A stretch of 64,000 nt of DNA, from NCBI RefSeq assembly GCF_009914755.1, contig NC_060929.1. One strand, given 5' to 3'. Under the pieces are notes generated by a model, which saw only the letters and a list, made by a program, of their open reading frames with translations, searched no databases and was not told the origin of the DNA. Shown one piece after another: positions 57,138 through 64,000 of the stretch (the first letter of the stretch is position 1; the number at the start of each line of letters is the position of its first letter). The stretch comes from the human T2T-CHM13v2.0 reference genome, Homo sapiens. A program made the position numbers and the translations under genes.

Positions 57138-59529
57138 GTTTGGAACCTGTAGTGTCCTGTCTGATAAGGGTGAAGCTCTCGTTCTTGCTTGCCCCAGAAG
57201 ACCAGTTTTTAGTCTTCACTCAGTGGATTTTCAAATGCTCTTGGCTGATTTTTAGGCAAAATGGTTTTAAATGAATTCAAACTCTTCCCACGAGGGCTTT
57301 AGTAAAATGGGAAGTACCAACATTATATATTCTTAGAGCAGATGCCATGTACTAGGGTATCAAATAATGAAGTGTTTGACTTTCTTAAAAGGAAACCTTA
57401 ACAAATATAGTCTTTGTTCCAAGTCATATTTATGTTTCAAGAATATAATTTGGTTCCTATTTCTTATATCATTAGTAATTTATTAAATTCTTTCCAATTA
57501 TGCTCATGTTTTAAGATTCTGCCCATATTTATCAGACTTATTTTCTTTCTCCGTGATTTTCCAGTTAGTAGATTTAGTAACTTGTCTTTAGAAAACTGTC
57601 CTGAGAGTTTTTCTGAAACAGAATTGTAGGGAGAACTTGGTCTTCTGATTCCTATTGATTTGGTCTTTGAAATTCTACCTTTCTGTGGCTTTCCACTGTC
57701 TCCTCTGGGTTGGATGTCCTGCCTGCACACTGGCTTACATGACCCCTAGCTTGCTTTCATTGAGCAGCTTGGAGCCCTTCTCACCAAGAACCCTGATTGA
57801 GGGCCTGTCACTTGCGCCAGGGTGTCGGTGGAGGGTGGTCAAGTAGAGAGGGGTCAAACATGGACTTTTCAAGGTCCTTCCTAGCACGTACTTCAAACAG
57901 TGATTTCTGTACTCACACATGGTCTGCTGCTCCCATTAGACTTTCAGCTCCACGAGAGACTGTCCTGTGCATTCCTTGACACCCTGTGTCTAGCAGCAGG
58001 TCTGGCACATAATAGGTGTTCATTTAGTGCTTTATTGAATTAGTGAACTGAGGGCCCTGACTTCTTGGAACCTAGTTTTTGCTTAGAAAGATAAGAAATG
58101 TTTACTGGAAAATATACTGTCAAAGGAAGTCCAGTAGTTTTATCTTTCTTTTACTATAAAGAAATGGGAGCAAAAGAAGGGAAGAGGGAAATTCCATTCT
58201 TGTTACCTGTTGGACTAGAATGCAGGATTTTTGTGTTCCCCAGTCCTTGGGTTAGTGGAAGGCTGACGGCAGGGCTGTAGCCCTGTGGGAGTGAACGAGA
58301 GGGCCCTTCAGCGCAACCACAGGTCACAATTTCGTTTTCATTTTTTTAAGGTCTTGTGAAATTGCTATTTCTGCTTTATTAGGTTTTTCTACTATAATTA
58401 GACCCTCATTTTTGGGAATGCTTGAGTGGTGCCAATTTGCAATAAGGTTAAAATTACTAATAATCTGAGCCAGCATTACTAACACTTCTATGCCAGGCTC
58501 CACACTAAAATTTCATGTGTTATTTAATTCTCACAACTATGAAGGTGGTGTCGCTGTGGTCATCACTGTTTTTTAGGTGAGGAAACTAAGGCCAGGAGCT
58601 CAGTTAAATGCCCTGCAAAAACCACCACAGCTGCTCTGTGGTGAAGCCTTGATTCCATCCCGACTGACTTTAGAGCCATGTCCATGATTGGCAACTTGGT
58701 CTAGTTTGGAAAATATGAGATACAGACAAGCAAGTACCAGCCTTCAGCCCAAATATTAGAGGGAATTGTATGCAGTCATTACCATTGAATTCACTCTTGT
58801 ATTTAAAATCCATAATGGTGTTTGAGAGGGGCACTAGTTATTGTTGATTCATAAGGAATGGTATTTATGTTGGCGTCTCTTATTCTCATTCACTGTAACT
58901 TAAAAGCACATATATTTATAGGTTTTCTTTTTTAAAGAGTTTGTCTATATTCACTGAATACCTAACACATTACTTTATTCTTAATCCGGAGTCAAGAGTT
59001 TCCTGAATGGATTTATTCATTTGAAGTTCATATATATTTTTGAGGTTAGAGGGATAAGTTTAGTAAATTATTATTCAGGAGCCCCTACACCCTTCCTTGC
59101 CTCTCTTCCATTTAGGAGGGTTGGCTTTGTGTTTCTGGGTGCTAACCCTCCTGTAAGCCCCTTATAATTGTAGCTGCCCTTCACAGCTTCACACACAGGC
59201 TTCACACACATGTGTTAGCTCTTCCATAAGTGTCTCTGATTGGCTGGTTCAATCTCATTGCCTGGGAAGTTAAGGGAGTCAAAATTTCCACAGCCTCGGT
59301 GCTTCTTATTGCATTGTATTTTTCTTTCAAATTAATGGGAGAAAAAGCTGAATAAGGAGTTTGTGTGCTTTAAAGTGTACCATTTGTTAATCTGGAAACC
59401 TGAATGTTGTGAGCATTGGTAAGTGACCCATGGTCACTTTTAAAAAATAATTTTGTGCTCATAGTATGGTACTATACCAGGGATTTTTAGAACAAAAATT
59501 CTAATTATTACATAACTTTCTTATTGTAG

Positions 59530-59799
59530 TGGGCAGGCTTGGCTGAAATGAGAACTGCTGAAGCAAGACAGATAGCTTGTGATGAACTATTCACAAATGA
59601 GGCGGAGGAATATAGCCTCTATGAAGCTGTAAAATTTCTAATGCTAAACAGAGCCATTGAACTATATAATGATAAAGAGAAAGGAAAGGAAGTACCATTT
59701 TTCTCTGTGCTTCTGTTTGCTCGGGACACATCAAATGACCCAGGACAGCTTCTGAGGAACCACCTCAACCAGGTGGGACACACTGGTGGTCTTGAACAG
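59530..59799 (+). CDS. OTULIN: OTULIN exon 6 (270 nt)
   Basis: [14 protein letters not shown]...HTGGLEQ; donor CAG|GTAAGT. Confidence 0.98.
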
Positions 59800-59849
59800 G
59801 TAAGTTGTGCTTTTGAGCATGTATTACCCCAAAATAAAGCAGCTTTACT

Positions 59850-60335
59850 GATCAAACTTGATGTCACAGTTTTTGTAGGTCAGAAATTCAGGGACAGCTT
59901 AGTTGGATGGTTCTGGCTCAGGATGTCATGAGGCTGCAGTTGTATGTTCAGGGCTGCAGTCATCTGAAGGCTTGACTGGGGCTGGAAGATCTACTTCCAG
60001 TGTTGTTCACTCATGTGGCTGTGGGCAGGAGGCTTCAGTTCCTTACTGGTAGTTAGTAGGAGGGTTCAGTTCTTCACACATAGGCCTCCACAGGGCTGCT
60101 TGAGTGTCCTTACAACATGGCAGCTGGCTTCTCAGAGTGAACTAAGCAGTGAGCAAGAAAGAAGCCAAAATGCCTTTTATGACCTAATCTAGGATGTCAC
60201 ACACTGTTAGATTGTTTTCTACTTTTTAGAAACAAGTTACTTGATGCATTCCACTCTCAAGAGGAGGGGAATTTGGCTCCACCTTTTTGAATGAGGGGTA
60301 CCAAAGAATTGTGGACATACTTTACAGTCACCACC
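59850..60335. mobile_element. MaLR LTR (MLT1F/G-like)
   Basis: GGTCAGAAATTCAGG...GGCTGCAGTCATCTGAAGGCTTGACTGGGGCTGGAAGAT. Confidence 0.65.
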
Positions 60336-61099
60336 GTTATCTCAGCCTGGGCTTTATTCTTCAGAGGGGTGGATGGGATTAGTACTCTTGGCTCTGGGAG
60401 GCTACAAATAAGTGAAGTACTTGGAAGAGCCATTCGAAGGGTCTTGTTTAATCTTGGCAACTGTAGCTGCATTAAAAAGAGAAATGGAGTCACCTTAGCC
60501 AGTAGAGTTCAGCCTGCTCTTGGATCTTTTACAGATTTGTTAAGTGTGGAGTTTTACACACAAACCCAGTGCAGTACTATCTCTAAGCCAATATAGTTGA
60601 GTCACCACACCTTGTGCTATCTTTGATGTGTTCATTTTCCTAAAAAGTCTTAATGAGGTTTTTTTTATTGGAATAGCCAACCGCTAAAGTAGCATTAAGG
60701 CTGTTCATCAAAGTGCCACCCTCCTACTTACATAATTGACTCTTGTGCCTGCTTTTTTCTAAAAAGGCCCAAGTGCCATGACAGATACTGCAAGGATTAG
60801 AGAGCTGAGTTAGTTTCCATTCTGAGCTGTCCTGGAGTGTGAGGTCTCTTCTTCTGTTATTGCCAAGTGCGTAGGAAGGAGTGTAGACTGATGGTCACTG
60901 CTGGGTCAGGCAGGGCTGATGATAGTTATTTTCAAAAATTACCTGTACTCATAATGTGGGTTACTTATGTCTCCTGAACCATAGCAAGTACCTTGCAGTC
61001 AAAAGGCTTATAGAGGATGGTTTGCATATTAGACTAAAGTTAGTCTTTTCCGAGACCCTATAAGGTCTGCTGTGATGGTGAGTCCATTCTTTTTTTTTT

Positions 61100-62160
61100 T
61101 TTTCAATAAGAAATTTTCAGTTTCTTTTTTGAAATACATATACCATAAAGTTCACTCTTTTAAAGTTTTGCAGCCATCACTACAGTCTAATTTTAGAGCA
61201 TTTTGTCAAAAGAAACCTCATGCCCATTAGTAACCACTTTGTCTTCTTTCTAACCCTAGGCAGCCACTAATCTATTTTCTGTCTCAATGGATTTGCCTGT
61301 GCTGGACATTTCATATGAATGGAATCATATAATATGTGGTCTTTTGTTTATGGCTTATTTGATTTAGCATAATGTTTTTAAGATTTCATCCATATTGCAC
61401 CATGTATTAGTACTTCATTCCTTTTTATTGATAAGTAATATCCCATTGTATGGATGGATCACATTTTATTCATCTGTTCAATAGTTTGATGGGTATTTGG
61501 ATTGTTTCCACTTTTTAGTTCTGTGAATAACCCTGCTATGAACATTCATGTATAATTTTTTTTATGTGAACATATGTTTGTAGTTCTCTTGGGTATACAC
61601 CGAGGAGTGGAATTGCTTTAACATTTTGAGGAACTGCCAGACTGTTTGCAAAGCAGCTGCACCATTTTACATTCTCACCAGCAATGTATCAGTGTCCTGT
61701 TTCACCATATCTTCACCAACACTTCTGACTTTTTGTATTGGGGTGAAGTTCATATAATTTAAAATTGACCATTTTAAAGTGTACATCTCATTGACATTTA
61801 GTACACTGCTGGTGACCACCACCTATATGAAGTTCTAAAACATGTCACCCCCAAAGAAAATCCTGTGCTCATTAAGCAGCCATTCCCCATTATCATCTTT
61901 TTGGTTATAGTCATTCTAGTGGGTGTGAAGTACTATCTCATTGTAGTTGGATTTGGATTTGGATTTCCCTAATGACTCACAACGTTGAGCATCTTTTCAT
62001 GTGCTTTCTTGGTCACTTGTATATCTTCTTTGGAGAGAGGTGTCTGTTCAGATCCTTTGCCTAATTTTTAAGCTGGTTATTTGGTTTTTTGTTTTGTTAA
62101 TTGTTGTAAAAGTTCTTTATTCTGGATACAGGATCCTTATCAGACATATGATCCATTCTT
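61100..62160 (-). mobile_element. Old L1M (L1MB-like) 3' region
   Basis: GGACATTTCATATGAATGGAATCATATAATATGTG; GAGGAACTGCCAGACTGTTT; GTTGAGCATCTTTTCATGTGC. Confidence 0.8.
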
Positions 62161-62345
62161 GATTATCTGCTTTTTTTTTTTTTTTTATTTAAATCGAAAA
62201 GGATTGGGGCTGGGCCCAAAGCAGGAGGAAAAAACGTTGTGGCTTCACCATTGCTGTGCACTGTGGGATAATGGATGGAACATGGTGTTAAGCCACGTTT
62301 TTCAGTGTGATCTTCCTCAGAATACCCGTTTGCTCTTCTTCCCAG

Positions 62346-62540
62346 GTTGAAATGTTCCTTCTTGCCTATGCTGTGCGCCACACCATCCAGGTGTACCGGC
62401 TCTCCAAGTACAACACGGAAGAATTCATCACAGTCTACCCCACCGACCCACCCAAGGACTGGCCAGTGGTAACGCTCATTGCTGAGGACGATCGGCACTA
62501 TAACATCCCCGTCAGAGTGTGTGAGGAGACCAGTCTATGA
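62346..62540 (+). CDS. OTULIN: OTULIN exon 7 CDS (195 nt incl. stop): His339, Asn341 and C-terminal PDZ-binding ETSL
   Basis: [12 protein letters not shown]...[19 protein letters not shown]; CAC 62496-62498, AAC 62502-62504; exon lengths sum to 1059 nt = 352 aa plus stop. Confidence 0.98.
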   Translation, partial: VEMFLLAYAVRHTIQVYRLSKYNTEEFITVYPTDPPKDWPVVTLIAEDDRHYNIPVRVCEETSL

Positions 62541-64000
62541 GAGACGCATGCTCCTGACAGCCTGGCGACGTGGCGAAGATGCACAGGTGGCTCCTGGGCT
62601 TGGGCTGCAGGTTTGGGGGTCTCTAAGAACAATCTCTGAGAAGAACCCTTGGGCCCCTGGGAGCCAAGTTGGACAGGATGTCCTGAAGACTAGCTTTTGA
62701 TAAGAGAAATTAACCAAGTCTTTCCCCTCATCTATGATGCAATATATTTCAGTGGGGGCCTTCAGAGCACACCTGTTGGACGGTGCAAACCATATCTTCT
62801 CCAGAAGGCAAATACTTTTGTATCAGAGGAAACTCAGTTTTGGAGAGGAATATGTTCTTTATATCTCAAATCAAAACTCTCTCTAATGGTAAACTGGCTT
62901 CTAATTTTTTTAAGTACAGTATTTTTTTTTCCCCTTTAGTAGTAACGGGTTTCTATAGATCTTCCTATACAGTCTGCTTTAACTCAGGACCTTGAGATTA
63001 TGAGACTGACGTGCTGCCCACTGCACTGAGGGGGCTTCTAACAGTCTGCTTTAAGTGGTATAATTCTGGGATAGATCTGTTACTGGCATAGTCATGACAA
63101 CCTCTGGTAATCTTACCTTCTCCTTTTTATGAAGGGAAGAGCAATGGTTTGGACTTACATCTTAATTAAGGCTATTTTAAGCAGATTGTTTTGCAACAGA
63201 TTAAGAATTGGGTCCCAAAGTGGGTTATTTCAAGGCATTTTTGAAGACTGGAGGAGCGTAGGAGGGAGTGGTGAGGGAACCTAGAACTTCTTGCTCCTTG
63301 TGACTATGACAGATGTCTGATGCCCCCAGCGCACTGGAGTCTGGGGCTTGGTGCAGGTGGTGCCCCATCAGTGTGGACAGACACTACTTGCCTTTGTGGT
63401 TTAGTGTTGGAAGCTTTAATTATTCTACAGTTCCATAGATTCACAATTTTATAGCCAAACAGTTTGTATCCACCTGCTTTCAGAGGAGGAACCAAAGGCC
63501 AAATTACTTTGAGGTAGGGCTTAGCTGGACCTGGGTTTTCCTATGCTCTTTTCATGCTGTGTTGGAGGGTGTGTCCACTGCCAGATCTGTGTAACCCGTC
63601 TGGGTCAGGGGATGAGTGACAGCAAACCATCTTAAAATTTTTCATGAGTACATTTAAGCGGAAGCATACGGGAATATGAGTGCAAAAGTGTGGCTGAGCC
63701 GCGTATGCCCTTGATTGGTTTTGGGAAGCCTGAGGGAGGCAGCCTTCCTGGCTATGAGCCATCGCCTGCCCAATCAGGCTAAGGGTGGTGACTGGGGTGG
63801 TGAAGGGGCAGCTCTGCTGAGCATGGTCTGCCTTATGGCCTGAATTGTCCTCAAGGGGTGTGGACTGCAGATGGTGTTCACATGAACCGGAGACATCACT
63901 CTTTAGGATTCTACTGGCAGCCCCTGAATTGGCTCAACGTTTGTGGAGGTGGTATTTCCCTGAAGTACTGAGCTTTGTTTTATAATAATTAAAATCCTTA
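62541..64000 (+). other. OTULIN: OTULIN 3' UTR, probably continuing past the window
   Basis: Follows the TGA; I saw no AATAAA here, only an ATTAAA near 63988. Confidence 0.75.
62981..63035 (-). pseudogene. 3'-truncated (tailless) elongator tRNA-Met(CAT) retropseudogene
   Basis: Reverse complement GCCCCCTCAGTGCAGTGGGCAGCACGTCAGTCTCATAATCTCAAGGTCCTGAGTT matches about 50/55 to recalled human tRNA-Met; anticodon at 63000-63002; direct repeat ACAGTCTGCTTTAA at 62969-62982 and 63041-63054. Confidence 0.88.

Noticed and set aside
62697-62995. 70-80-aa ORFs in the OTULIN 3' UTR
   Set aside because: Non-ATG starts, no homology recognised, downstream of the true stop
62981-63035. A functional tRNA-Met gene
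   Set aside because: Lacks the 3' half of the T arm, a complete B box and the 3' acceptor strand; reported as a pseudogene instead

Overview
Human (primate) genomic DNA; gene content matches the OTULIN locus at 5p15.2 (location from recall). The right half holds the complete 7-exon OTULIN CDS on the + strand (34317-62540, 1059 nt, 352 aa, all introns GT-AG) behind a CpG-island promoter. The left half is intergenic and repeat-rich. It carries a ~1.9 kb 32-bp minisatellite that grew inside an L1PA 3' end, a disrupted CCT6A retrocopy nested in an L1, a full-length EEF1A1 retrocopy with an unbroken 462-aa ORF, a decayed ERVL internal region, solo LTRs, DNA transposons and ~30 Alus. The least obvious signals: a tailless, TSD-flanked tRNA-Met(CAT) fragment lying antisense in the OTULIN 3' UTR; a cap-derived-looking G and a new out-of-frame uATG on the EEF1A1 retrocopy; and two Alus sharing a triple TSD. 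No prokaryotic-type system is present. Repeat family names and pseudogene symbols come from recalled consensus sequences, and repeat boundaries are approximate unless a TSD is quoted.
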